In this document: one piece after another, positions 17,501 to 25,715 of the stretch
How the letters are laid out: every line of letters begins with the position of its first letter
Numbering within the stretch: the first letter of the stretch is position 1
Origin: Pseudomonadota bacterium
GTDB lineage: Bacteria; Bdellovibrionota; Bdellovibrionia; Bdellovibrionales; SG-bin7
Length of the DNA stretch: 25,715 nucleotides
NCBI GenBank assembly: GCA_034439715.1
Contig: JAWXAY010000003.1
Span: 1-25,715 of the forward strand
Direction: 5' to 3'
Translations under genes and position numbers: made by a program
Notes under the pieces: generated by a model
What the model was told of the DNA's origin: nothing
The model's input: the letters and a program-made list of their open reading frames with translations, nothing else
The model's database searches: none

Positions 17501-18032
17501 AAGGATCCGTAATTGAACTAAGCAAGTCACCTGCATAATTATATGTGATAGTTTGTCCCACTGGATCGGTAATTGTGGTCAAGTTACCGTCGCCATCGTA
17601 TGTAAACAAAGTACTGCGATTAACTCTATCTGTAACTGAAGTTTGCTTTCCGCTTGAATTAAAGAATGAAATAGTTCCACTACGAAGTCGTCTTTCCCAA
17701 GTACCATCAGAGTTTCTTTTTAGATTTGAAAGATCGCCGTTATCTGAAGAATAAGCCACAACACCTGTGGTAGGGCGATTGAAAATCACTCGTCTGATTT
17801 TCTCGTGACCACTATCAACGACCAACAGGTTCTTGCTGTCATCCAAACCTAACCATGTAGGACTACATAGTGAGGCAGCTAATGCTGACCTATCGTCTCC
17901 GATATCTCCAGCTACACAATTACCACTTCCCGCGACTGTAGCAGCGGTGCCCGTAACCATATTAATTTGAACTACTCTGTGATGTCCGGTGTCGGCAATA
18001 TACAAAAAGCTATTTTCCTCATCTATCGCCAT
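14583..18032 (-). CDS. NHL plus YD/RHS-repeat protein (C-terminal part of a teneurin-like protein)
   Basis: LYIADTGHHRV NHL repeats, YD repeats, RHS core ending DPQG; frame is open upstream to about 18110. Confidence 0.9.
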   Translation of the reverse strand: MAIDEENSFLYIADTGHHRVVQINMVTGTAATVAGSGNCVAGDIGDDRSALAASLCSPTWLGLDDSKNLLVVDSGHEKIRRVIFNRPTTGVVAYSSDNGDLSNLKRNSDGTWERRLRSGTISFFNSSGKQTSVTDRVNRSTLFTYDGDGNLTTITDPVGQTITYNYAGDLLSSITDPSGKTSSFSYSGNELRSVQFPDSSSKYFTYNNGLLIEEKNQRNFITRFEYNKWSRIEKVIPPNGLPFQVNDFASGSVVNDFTSGVVGTVKSIQAGHNQTYDGIINPKGVETKLVPNFDGFVTEVIDGKNQSTLIKRDLQGRPLKVERPDGTHADFVYDPATHDLISNSDSASGSSRTYEIDSFGNLTKEITNTGLSIIRKFDDTTGQLNSQTAPNGFKITSSYNALGLRTSVVSQTGASTTVSSNSEYDALGRVKRITDSSSLDLHFAYDASGNIIKKTEVRSVGTSLVTVYTYDIFNRLTSVISPKGEATSYAYLTTGELEKITDPKGQIVIFSYDEMSRLVRKTDTRGKVWQFNYDAVGNLAQEIDPNSNLKSYEYDAIDKLTKKILPDDLYQYAYDIRGNLIFASNKNSQVSFGVDSAGRVQSTSVVGVGAIDLPQVGINYSYNSNNQRIAMGDSLGGATNYSYSVTGEMVGLTNSFGENFGFSYDGQNRLTQSTRPGGLSTYSYGTSNYLQSISHEASGQIKSTLGYTRDGLGQVSTMTTTLGNYAYVYDSNNFLSQASSSMSTTETFTYDSLGNRITDQNGNYVYDGTGQLLLEDYKYNYQYDNNGNMTFKFSKFSSETVKFSYSSENQLVGVDYLPNFSASASKSVKYAYDALGRRLEKNVIDNTSPADIEKTFTRRYVYDNQENLLELDGTNQLLARYTHSGLATDDVLAVNVTASGVGQKLASSAGSYFYLKDHLGSIRDVADAAGNVIQRYVYSAYGTILEIKDGTGNNITSSPLVATGYAFTGREFDKETGLYYYRARYYDSNIGRFLQQDPHPGRMISPTTVVNKYGYAKNSPANFIDPQGRFPWLAIFIVAAVVSGIEAAFEGGNFFENWAENFVVDFVVIAVLTYFGVFAFEGALGSSLTVFSGSALIFSGVAKLNNTSPFNIKVSLYSQIFAGIIRRTPWPDPEPPTPNAIEGVTSVSW

Positions 18033-18097
18033 CCCCGTAGGAGAAAGCAGAGCTATCTCCTCTTTTGCAACTTTACCTGATAAAACTCCGCCTTCCT

Positions 18098-20941
18098 CTA
18101 CATGTTTGTTTCAGCGGGTAACTCATGGTCATTTGGAAGAGTTAATGCTACCGGCTCACTGAACTTCAATCCTGACGGCTCAAGAGAAACAACAGTTGTC
18201 GGAGTAGCAAACTCCGGATGAGGTACGGTGGTTTTCTCAGCGGAAACAATTCCTATACTAATTGATCCAGAATCTGTTCCATCAGGAAACTGAACTACGC
18301 CAGAAGGAATATTTATAGAAACACCAGGCGCATGTGGACTTGTGACTATCGCACTGGCTCCGGCAGCAATTACTGTTTCAGTCCCATCGATATACTGGGG
18401 TGCTAAATAAATAGGTCTTGCTAAAACATTACTTTGCGAAAGACCTATACTGATGGGCACAGTTACTTTGTTATACCTTTTCTGAGTTCCAATTACGGCC
18501 ACCGGAATAGTCGAAGGATCAATTAATATTGTTTGATCGCCAGTTGAAATGGGGCCTGGAAACACAAACATTCCGCCGGCATCCGTAGTTACCGATTGAG
18601 TTAAGCCTATCATACTTACTATTACACCAGGCAACGGATTATCATCAGTGTCTCTCACACTGCCCGATAATTTTGTGTCGACGATGAAAGACAAATTCAT
18701 TGATGCAGATTCACTTGTTGAGTTATCAGTAACCGTAAGCGTAGCCAGATTAAAAAAATCAGTTTCAATTGAAAAGCTACCCTCTGAGCTCGAGGTTGTA
18801 ACAAATGATTTAAAAAGTCCCGTTTGAACCTTCACTTCAATGCCAGCGCGCACGGCGCCAGCTCCACCTAATATAGTTAATTTGTTTCCTGAAGAACCTG
18901 GACCCACCATTACAAGTTCAGGAATCAGCAGTCTAGGCTGAACATCCACATTTACTGCCAAACTAGTCGTGTTTCCAATTAAGTCTGTTGCAATAACATT
19001 AACCGTATTTGGCCCCTCAACAAGTGCCGTCACAAATCCGCTAAAACTAGTTTTTGCAGAATTTAGAGTTAAAGCCACACCATTTGCAGTCACTGAAGAA
19101 AGTGGCTCACTACTTGTGCCAGCAATATCTATTTTGAGACTTCTAATAACCTCATCTGGTTGAGGCTTTGTTAAACTAATAATTGGCGCCACAGAATCAA
19201 GCGTAATATTGCTTAAATTAATTATTTCGGAATCATTTCCAGCTCTGTCTTCAGACATCACGTGAAAATTGTTTAAACCTTCAATCAATTGAGTATCAAA
19301 AACAAATGACGGCGCTGCAGTTTGAAATACCACTGAGCCATTGTGAACAATTTTTGTCAAAATTGGCGATGAGTCGACAACATCTACTCTTATTTGATAA
19401 CTTGAAATTTTTGTTGTGAAATTACTTTGAGCAATAACAGCAATTGTAGGATCTAATTGATCAACTGTTAAGTTGAAATTAATGTTTTGATTTGCGAGGT
19501 TTCCAGCAAGATCCACCCCTTCAAACGCTAAAGGTATTTCGCCAGGCGCTAAAAAGAATACATTTCCAAAGAAACTTTTCTTATCTGGAGAAAGGTTTAA
19601 AGCTACACCGTGGGCTTTTGCACTTTGAAGCGCCTCATTAGAAAAGCCAGACACCTCTATCACGTTTGAGTTTTTATAAATTACTTCACCCTCAAAAGGA
19701 CTAAAACCAGACAAAACTGGTAAAATGGTATCTAAAAAGACTGCCCTTAAAATTTCACTACTATTTTGTGCACTATCTGTACTTTTTATTGAAATAGTGT
19801 TGCTTCCCTCTAGTAGCGAAGCACTCGCAACAAAACTACTTCCAGATATTGAGGATTGAATAATTCCATTTACTTTTACTTCACTTGTTACACTCGTTGC
19901 ATCAGCTATAACTACGTTAAACGAAAAGTTTGTCTGATTGGTTATTTGATTTTCATCAACCTGTGCAGTGATAATGGGCGCAGTTTTATCTATCGTTAAA
20001 TTTACTGGATCGGCAACGCCCTTATTCTGGAACTGATCCGAAATGCTCGCCTCTATTTTATTTACACCTTCTTGAAAATTTGCAGTAAGCTCAGACGCCT
20101 CATCACTTATTGAAAAAAAATGCTTTGATTCAACTCCGTTAATTAGTATCGATAAGCTACTTAACACCAATGTCTGATCATTGTACTCAACTCTAACTGT
20201 TTGGCTTGATTGGTTGGTGATTTGCGAGGCTGGGCTCACAATGGCAATTGTGGGATCACCACTGTCCTCCACCATTCCGTCTATTCTGATTACTGGTTTT
20301 AATATGTACTTACCATTTCCAGTTTGGTGAATACTTTTGTCGGGGTTAAACCTTAGAGTTAGCGAGATAATTTGGCCTGTCACAACTGTGAAAGTACCGT
20401 TAAGCTTAAGACCTGATCTGTGTGATGACGGGATTTTTATCGCTACTGTTTTGCCATCTACAATGCCGGTCACGTCCTCTTTTAGTTTTAATCTTATTTT
20501 GTTATAAGTACCGGCAGGCAGTCTTACATTGCCAAGTACCGACACTGCATTTGTGCTTAAATTTATCAAATCTACAGTCTGCTCAGTGGTGGTAACGGTC
20601 TGCCACTCGTACTGCTCTGAATAAACCGACACTTCCGTAATAGTCATTGATATCGAAGTAAATGTCCCCGAAGAGCTGTCTTTAGGCTTTTGAAAAGTAG
20701 ACGTGGATAAAGCCGGAGCCACTTCTCCAGAGGCTACAACTTTTAACCAACCTTTTGGTGCATCAACTATTGGCCCATTTATAGGCTGTGCGGGATTTGT
20801 TCCAGTTTCGGGATTTGCGGGCGCAGGCACGACCCCTGCGCTTGAGTTCGAAGTGGACTCTTTACATCCAGCTAAGACAATTAGAGAAAAGACCACATAT
20901 AATAGACATCTGATCGTAACATTCATTTTTGCTGCCGCCAT
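18098..20941 (-). CDS. Large lipoprotein with DUF4382-like, Ig-like, carboxypeptidase-regulatory-like and ZU5-like domains (N-terminal part of the teneurin-like protein)
   Basis: Lipobox LAGC; LPAGTYNKIRL...GNGKYILKPVI; repeated EG.N.I...D...N Ig units; ends abruptly after SLEPSGLKFSEPVALTLP. Confidence 0.8.
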   Translation of the reverse strand: MAAAKMNVTIRCLLYVVFSLIVLAGCKESTSNSSAGVVPAPANPETGTNPAQPINGPIVDAPKGWLKVVASGEVAPALSTSTFQKPKDSSSGTFTSISMTITEVSVYSEQYEWQTVTTTEQTVDLINLSTNAVSVLGNVRLPAGTYNKIRLKLKEDVTGIVDGKTVAIKIPSSHRSGLKLNGTFTVVTGQIISLTLRFNPDKSIHQTGNGKYILKPVIRIDGMVEDSGDPTIAIVSPASQITNQSSQTVRVEYNDQTLVLSSLSILINGVESKHFFSISDEASELTANFQEGVNKIEASISDQFQNKGVADPVNLTIDKTAPIITAQVDENQITNQTNFSFNVVIADATSVTSEVKVNGIIQSSISGSSFVASASLLEGSNTISIKSTDSAQNSSEILRAVFLDTILPVLSGFSPFEGEVIYKNSNVIEVSGFSNEALQSAKAHGVALNLSPDKKSFFGNVFFLAPGEIPLAFEGVDLAGNLANQNINFNLTVDQLDPTIAVIAQSNFTTKISSYQIRVDVVDSSPILTKIVHNGSVVFQTAAPSFVFDTQLIEGLNNFHVMSEDRAGNDSEIINLSNITLDSVAPIISLTKPQPDEVIRSLKIDIAGTSSEPLSSVTANGVALTLNSAKTSFSGFVTALVEGPNTVNVIATDLIGNTTSLAVNVDVQPRLLIPELVMVGPGSSGNKLTILGGAGAVRAGIEVKVQTGLFKSFVTTSSSEGSFSIETDFFNLATLTVTDNSTSESASMNLSFIVDTKLSGSVRDTDDNPLPGVIVSMIGLTQSVTTDAGGMFVFPGPISTGDQTILIDPSTIPVAVIGTQKRYNKVTVPISIGLSQSNVLARPIYLAPQYIDGTETVIAAGASAIVTSPHAPGVSINIPSGVVQFPDGTDSGSISIGIVSAEKTTVPHPEFATPTTVVSLEPSGLKFSEPVALTLPNDHELPAETNM

Positions 20942-21235
20942 ATACGTACCTCTTCAGCATTTAATAAATTCTATTTAAATATATCGGCGTCTTAATATAT
21001 GACTTGATAGCAAAAAGTTAGACGGTTTGGTTCTCCATTTGAGATTGGCTTTAAATACCGATGGGTTAGTTATTTGTCTCAATAAATTATTTTTGTTGGC
21101 ACACCTTTGCTTTTTTGTAATGTCTATTTTTAAGATTTAACTATTTTTTGTTTGGTAGAAACAGTTCATTTGGTTTGAATTTATTTACAATAGGTGAGCC
21201 ACAAGGGCTAATCCCGCGATGGCAGAAGTCTGCAG

Positions 21236-21652
21236 TTACTCTTCAATTAAAACTTTATGAGTTTCAAACCAATTGATTAATTCTTCCTTACCAATTTTAC
21301 TGGCAGCGCAGTTATCGATGATTTCAGCTAGTTCGTTGACGTTTTTCTTTTCATCTAGGGGATAGCGAAGGTCCATGCCGTGCTGATTTAGAAATGAAAT
21401 TGCTGCCAACGCGCCAGTTCGTTTATTGCCATCTACAAATGCATGACTTTTTACTAGGTAAAAACATAGCGCCGCTGCAACTTTTGCAAGACCGCCGTGA
21501 ATAAACGGATACGTGCCAGGATAAAATGCGGTACTAATGGCACTTTCAATTTTTCCAACATCATAGCAGTGGTGAGGATTGCCGCCCATTTCACAAACGT
21601 ACATATTCACAGCCAACACTGCGTCGGCTGTGGGGATAAATATAACTCTCAC
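21236..21652 (-). CDS. Doc/Fic-family toxin
   Basis: HAFVDGNKRTG Doc-type motif. Confidence 0.92.
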   Translation of the reverse strand: MRVIFIPTADAVLAVNMYVCEMGGNPHHCYDVGKIESAISTAFYPGTYPFIHGGLAKVAAALCFYLVKSHAFVDGNKRTGALAAISFLNQHGMDLRYPLDEKKNVNELAEIIDNCAASKIGKEELINWFETHKVLIEE

Positions 21653-21876
21653 TTCAACTTATCCATTGCGTTTTTATGTTTTTTAAACGCCTTTTTTGCC
21701 GTCGCCAAGAAGTCCTTGGTATCCACTGGTACAAGCCTTATTGTTTGCGGCTCAGTAATGAATTTCTCCACAGCCATATTTACAAGTTGAGCAAACTTTA
21801 TCCCGTTAACGTCAAGGTACTCTTCAACCTTCTTTTCAAGATCATCATCAAAGCGCACTGTTTTTGGAACTCCCAT
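21649..21876 (-). CDS. RHH-like antitoxin
   Basis: KTVRFDDDL strand-helix start; 4-nt overlap with doc; AGGAGG RBS. Confidence 0.75.
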   Translation of the reverse strand: MGVPKTVRFDDDLEKKVEEYLDVNGIKFAQLVNMAVEKFITEPQTIRLVPVDTKDFLATAKKAFKKHKNAMDKLK

Positions 21877-21973
21877 AGAGCCACCTCCTGTGTATTAAAT
21901 ATACTACATATGAATACATTTGGCAATACAAGGAGTAACATATTGTTATTGTTATTGTATTCAGACACCTACA

Positions 21974-23275
21974 TTAGCATTTTACTCTCACAGAATATGA
22001 CAACGCTCGTGGGTATTTTTTAATACAAACACACTCACCCACCTCTAAACTTTTTATTCTATTCGGGTGAATATTAAATTCCTCCACTTCCCTGAGCGAG
22101 CTCTCTCCGCTACGCACATCAAAGAGCCACCATCTTTCGGCTTTTACTGTTTTTTTCCAAACTGTCCGCGTCCCCGCCATGCCCGAAATCATCTCTGCAC
22201 TCTCTGGCCCTTTTTGCAAAAATGCATACATCGTAGAAGTATTACCACTGAGCCTTCTGGCAAACTCAGGACTTATTCGCTGCAGATCACTCAGCTCCTG
22301 ATGAGCTACCACCACCGAAAACCGGCTACTTCGTGCTCGGTCCAAAAATCCGATAAAATCCTCTTGGGCAAGGTCTGCAAACTCATCGATGATTACCGAA
22401 AATGATTTTCGTTTTTCAGACGTGATCTCGGCATCGACTCTTGCTGATGTTGCTTTAAGATCCTGAATGATAAATTTACCCACGGCCTTGGCCGATTCGC
22501 CATACCTTCTAGTATCAAGAAATATAAAAGTAATTTTTGAGTCATTTACCGACTTAAAGAGATCAATGCCATCGGTATTATCTGAAAGCAGTCCGCCAAA
22601 GTCAGAGAATACTAACGACTCAATTTGAGCGCGAAGGCCTTGCAGAGATTTAAAATTTTCTTTGTCTTCTAAGAATACAACCGAGTCCTCAAAAAGGAAC
22701 TTAATCCGCTCCTCAGCTAATGGCACCTGACTGCCAAGGCCTAAAAGTTTGTCTACCTTTAAACAGCATTCTAAAATCAAGCTCAAAGTTACCGAAAGTT
22801 TCTTGTTGTCTCTTAGCCAACATAAACCGATTAATAGCTTTAACAGAAAACTCGCACTTTGGTTTTTATAATATTCTTCTGACCAAATGAGCGACAGCAT
22901 TAACCTGTCGCGAATTTGATTTGCTGTGCCCGTCCCAACTAGATTGTAAGCTTTAGAAATAGTAGCATCCGCCAAAGAAAAAATCTGAAGATCCTTTTCG
23001 CGATCACATTCACGTGCAAATCCAGAAAACTTTTTTAAAGTCTCACTATCGCCCTTTAAGTCTATATAAAGTAATCCTTTACCCTGATGAATGCGTTCGT
23101 GAATGATATGCGAAAGTAATACAGTCTTGCCATAACCGCTTGCGCCCACCACATGAACGTGATGATTAAGCTGTCCATCGGTTAAAACCTCCCTTTTAAA
23201 AAAATTTCCTTTAATCTTACCAAGAGTTATGCCCTCAGATTTTAGATTTGAATTCCTATTTAAAAAACTTAGCAT
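21974..23275 (-). CDS. TraD/VirD4-like type IV coupling ATPase lacking TM anchor (copy B)
   Basis: GASGYGKT; IIDEFADLAQEDFIGFLDRARSS identical to copy A. Confidence 0.85.
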   Translation of the reverse strand: MLSFLNRNSNLKSEGITLGKIKGNFFKREVLTDGQLNHHVHVVGASGYGKTVLLSHIIHERIHQGKGLLYIDLKGDSETLKKFSGFARECDREKDLQIFSLADATISKAYNLVGTGTANQIRDRLMLSLIWSEEYYKNQSASFLLKLLIGLCWLRDNKKLSVTLSLILECCLKVDKLLGLGSQVPLAEERIKFLFEDSVVFLEDKENFKSLQGLRAQIESLVFSDFGGLLSDNTDGIDLFKSVNDSKITFIFLDTRRYGESAKAVGKFIIQDLKATSARVDAEITSEKRKSFSVIIDEFADLAQEDFIGFLDRARSSRFSVVVAHQELSDLQRISPEFARRLSGNTSTMYAFLQKGPESAEMISGMAGTRTVWKKTVKAERWWLFDVRSGESSLREVEEFNIHPNRIKSLEVGECVCIKKYPRALSYSVRVKC

Positions 23276-24081
23276 TTTACACCTCCGTATTCGCCCAAGT
23301 AACCATCAGCTAATTCAATTTTAAAAAGATCCGAGTAAATTCCAGAAAAATGCTCAAGATGCCTTTGGGTCGTGGGACTCATAACTACGTAATGAACTCT
23401 AGTAAAGGCCGATGGGTCCTGCCGATGCTCGCGAATCCAAGCAACGTATCTTTTAATTTTTTCTTGGTAGCGAGACTTAGCCTTTACAGCGATTTCAAAT
23501 TCTAAAGCGGTCTTTGAACCGTCGCGATGGGTGATAACTGCATCCGGCGAATAGGCTTCGCCTAAATGTGAAAGGATACCCGTCTGAACCTTGATGGTGC
23601 GGTCTGAAAGCCAGTGAACGACTTCGCCTTTTTCTTCAAGGACAAGCCTTAATTTCAGTAAAAGATAATCGTGTACAATAGTTCGGCTATCAATTGAGCC
23701 AGAAGGTCGCGCGAATTCGTGACCTGGGTATATTTCCCTTAACGCTGAAAGCGCCCGTCGAGTTGCAAAAAATAACCTTTTAGACTCGCTAAAGGCTTTT
23801 GTAGATTTTAGAAAGTCACTTCCGGCTAACTGCACAAGCCTTTTCTTAGCATAATGAAATCCCATTTCTTTTCCCTGAGAATCAATTGTCTTAAAAAATT
23901 TTCGGTATACTTCATCGACAGAAGCAAACTTCATTTCTAGAATAAAATTTAGAACATCAAAATCGCGCTGAGATAAAACGATTCTCTTTTGTTCTTTCTC
24001 TTTTAACTTTCTCTTAACCTCACTTATCTCCTCAAACGGAAATTCCACTTGCGAAATATTACTAAGCATATTCATATCCAT
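23269..24081 (-). CDS. Replic_Relax/MOB_C-like relaxase (copy B)
   Basis: RDFDVLNFILEMKF wHTH; HD...PDA...ALEFE..K...Y..K motif; overlaps the coupling-protein start. Confidence 0.8.
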   Translation of the reverse strand: MDMNMLSNISQVEFPFEEISEVKRKLKEKEQKRIVLSQRDFDVLNFILEMKFASVDEVYRKFFKTIDSQGKEMGFHYAKKRLVQLAGSDFLKSTKAFSESKRLFFATRRALSALREIYPGHEFARPSGSIDSRTIVHDYLLLKLRLVLEEKGEVVHWLSDRTIKVQTGILSHLGEAYSPDAVITHRDGSKTALEFEIAVKAKSRYQEKIKRYVAWIREHRQDPSAFTRVHYVVMSPTTQRHLEHFSGIYSDLFKIELADGYLGEYGGVKC

Positions 24082-24117
24082 CCTCTTCCCCCTTTTTTGA
24101 TTAATATAAAAAAAAAA

Positions 24118-24272
24118 TTACCGCCCTCTAGGTTCATAACTCCTGGTTTCTTACTTTTTGTGCTCGCTAGGCTCCTGACCACCCTCAATCGTAGAGTGGG
24201 GGTGGTTAGGAGCCGGAAAAAGCGAGCACCGGTCCTAAAAAGTAAGCAAAGCGGACACTTAGAGGGCGGTAA
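24118..24272. other. About 155-nt nested inverted repeat, oriT candidate (copy B)
   Basis: TTACCGCCCTCTA/TAGAGGGCGGTAA, CTTACTTTTT/AAAAAGTAAG and GTGCTCGCT/AGCGAGCAC surround the conserved 48-nt core (24168-24215). Confidence 0.7.
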
Positions 24273-24341
24273 ATGTCCCCAAAATGTCCGCTGACTGAGA
24301 TGACTTTGCTGATGAGTGGTTTCGTATATATGCGTTTTCAG

Positions 24342-24435
24342 GTTGGGCCACAGTTGGGCCAAGTTGGGCCACGGAAGTCCCGTGGTGTCCCTTTGAGTCC
24401 CTGATACGCAAATAGCCTTGAACAACCCATTGATA
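24342..24435. repeat. att-arm repeats (copy B): 3x GTTGGGCCA, 3x GTCCC, IHF site
   Basis: 9-mers at 24342/24353/24363; GTCCC at 24377/24387/24397; CAACCCATTGATA at 24423 matches YAANNNNTTGATW. Confidence 0.75.
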
Positions 24436-24490
24436 TTGGGTTCTGAGGGAATTCGAAAACTTAGATTTTTAGTGGATTCTCGATGCGCGA

Positions 24491-24508
24491 AAAATGGGGT
24501 GACTGACG
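24491..24508 (-). other. Putative att core (tRNA-His 3'-end-like CGTCAGTCACCCCA)
   Basis: Reads as T-arm 3' side, acceptor strand, C discriminator and CCA; shares a 12-mer with 9508-9519. Confidence 0.65.
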
Positions 24509-24575
24509 CCCTATGCGTAAGTCACCGTAATTACTCAGAATCGTAGTCTGCTTGTCATCATCTGTCATCTTTGTT

Positions 24576-25676
24576 TTACCGCTTTCCGAAATTTACTGAA
24601 ATGACGTTCTCCTGATCTGCTTCTTTTGGCGTCGAATAGCCCAAAGCCTCAGTTGCTCCCTTAATATCGACCCCAGCCAGTCTTAAATAAACGTCCGTTG
24701 TTTCCATTTTCTTATGACCAACGATGGCCATGACTTTTACTAACGGGACGCCTTGAGCCAGCATATTGGTAATAAATGTTGCCCTTAAATCGTGAAACTT
24801 GATCGAAGTTATTCCAGTCGCTAGACAGAAATCCCGAATTACCTTTGCCTGATCGCCATGCGTCCATTCCATTAACCTAGGCAGCACGAATTCACTTGGA
24901 TCTTTCTTTGCCCTAAGTTCACTTAATAGGTCTTTCAAGTTTCCGCTTATAGGAACAACTCGCCAATCGCCGGTTTTCAATTCGTGATACTCGTCCTTAT
25001 TGGTCCATTGTTTATTGACCGAAATAATACCTGCATCAGAATCAATGTCCGTCCACTTAAGAGCATACATTTCGCCAGATCTCATTCCAGTCATCAGTGC
25101 AAAAGCCCAAACATAATAGAAACGATGGTTCACGCTATTTGCCGACTTCAAAAGTATATCAACCTCGCGGGCTGATAAAACCTTCTGCATTGTTTGAGGA
25201 ACCTTAATCGAGATTCCTCTAGTCGGGTTTTTCGTAACTAAACCATCATCCATAGCTGCCTGAAACATCCTGCGAAGCATTTTCAAAATATTCTTTTGAG
25301 AAATGCTTCCTAACTTTATACTGGATTTCTGCAACAATTCATAAACTTCATCAACAGTAATTTGCTCCATTGATTTATTAAGCCAGTCTTTGGGAATCCA
25401 TTTTTTAAGATAGCCATCGTAATTAGCAACGGTTGAATTTTTATAATTCAGCCGAATTCGCTTCAAGAACTCTTCGTGCCAATTCTCCCAAGTCCAAGAT
25501 GGCTTTTGGTCAGCGATACTTCTAAGTTCCGATTTGAATTTAAATTCAACTTCTTTGGCTTCTCGATCAGATGTAATTCCACGTTTACGCTTTGCAATTA
25601 ATTTCTTATTTTGATCGCGTTCGGCTACATAAACTTCATAGAGCTTTTGTTTTCCATTCATATAAGATTTGATCAT
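24576..25676 (-). CDS. Tyrosine recombinase/integrase (B)
   Basis: TGMRSGE, FHDLR, VGH and catalytic Y in VYLRL; C-terminal RLAG.D..GATE.L shared with integrase A. Confidence 0.95.
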   Translation of the reverse strand: MIKSYMNGKQKLYEVYVAERDQNKKLIAKRKRGITSDREAKEVEFKFKSELRSIADQKPSWTWENWHEEFLKRIRLNYKNSTVANYDGYLKKWIPKDWLNKSMEQITVDEVYELLQKSSIKLGSISQKNILKMLRRMFQAAMDDGLVTKNPTRGISIKVPQTMQKVLSAREVDILLKSANSVNHRFYYVWAFALMTGMRSGEMYALKWTDIDSDAGIISVNKQWTNKDEYHELKTGDWRVVPISGNLKDLLSELRAKKDPSEFVLPRLMEWTHGDQAKVIRDFCLATGITSIKFHDLRATFITNMLAQGVPLVKVMAIVGHKKMETTDVYLRLAGVDIKGATEALGYSTPKEADQENVISVNFGKR

Positions 25677-25681
25677 CTCTT

Positions 25682-25715
25682 TTATCCCTTCCGAGAAAAA
25701 AGAGCGTTCACATCA
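25682..25715 (-). CDS. 3' end of an upstream gene (position expected for xis), partial
   Basis: Open frame ...DVNALFSRKG-TAA ending 5 nt before the int ATG; identity inferred from synteny only. Confidence 0.3.
   Translation of the reverse strand, partial: DVNALFSRKG

Larger units (their letters stand above)
9508..24502 (-). mobile_element. Putative complete integrative mobilizable element (about 15 kb) within a tandem array
   Basis: 12-bp terminal direct repeats; relaxase plus coupling protein at one end and xis plus integrase at the other; no T4SS or phage structural genes. Confidence 0.65.

Noticed and set aside
21096..21110. Sigma54 promoter TTGGCACACCTTTGC
   Set aside because: GG-to-GC spacing is 9, not the required 10, and it points at no sense gene.
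24072..24425. 117-aa ORF with WPNL repeats (and opposite-strand ORF 24049..24294)
   Set aside because: Translation of DNA direct repeats and the hairpin; no counterpart protein in junction A.
9508..24502. Prophage or phage satellite
   Set aside because: No terminase, capsid, primase or tail genes; content is relaxase plus coupling ATPase.
24491..24526. Intact tRNA gene
   Set aside because: Only a 3'-end-like segment; no D arm, anticodon arm or GTTC T-loop.

Overview
AT-rich accessory region from a probable Bdellovibrionota/Myxococcota-like bacterium (inferred from the AgmX-type protein, small lipoproteins and a sigma54-type promoter). The main structure is a tandem array of small integrative, mobilizable elements read on the minus strand. 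One junction type occurs twice (about 9.1-9.6 kb and 24.1-24.6 kb). Its order is: tyrosine integrase 3' end, a 12-bp direct repeat resembling a tRNA-His 3' end (TCACCCCATTTT), an IHF-like site, two triplets of helically phased direct repeats, a long conserved hairpin (oriT candidate), a Replic_Relax/MOB_C-like relaxase, an anchorless TraD/VirD4-like ATPase and a toxin-antitoxin pair. The two repeats bracket an apparently complete element of about 15 kb (9508-24502). It carries a lipoprotein-anchored teneurin-like RHS gene (broken), an orphan RHS tip, candidate lipoprotein immunity genes, and a regulator-xis-int operon preceded by 19-bp-periodic palindrome arrays. The left 9.5 kb holds the start of a further element and probable cargo: PIN TA, SRAP, HNH, HigBA-like TA and small secreted proteins, interspersed with a REP-like repeat family.
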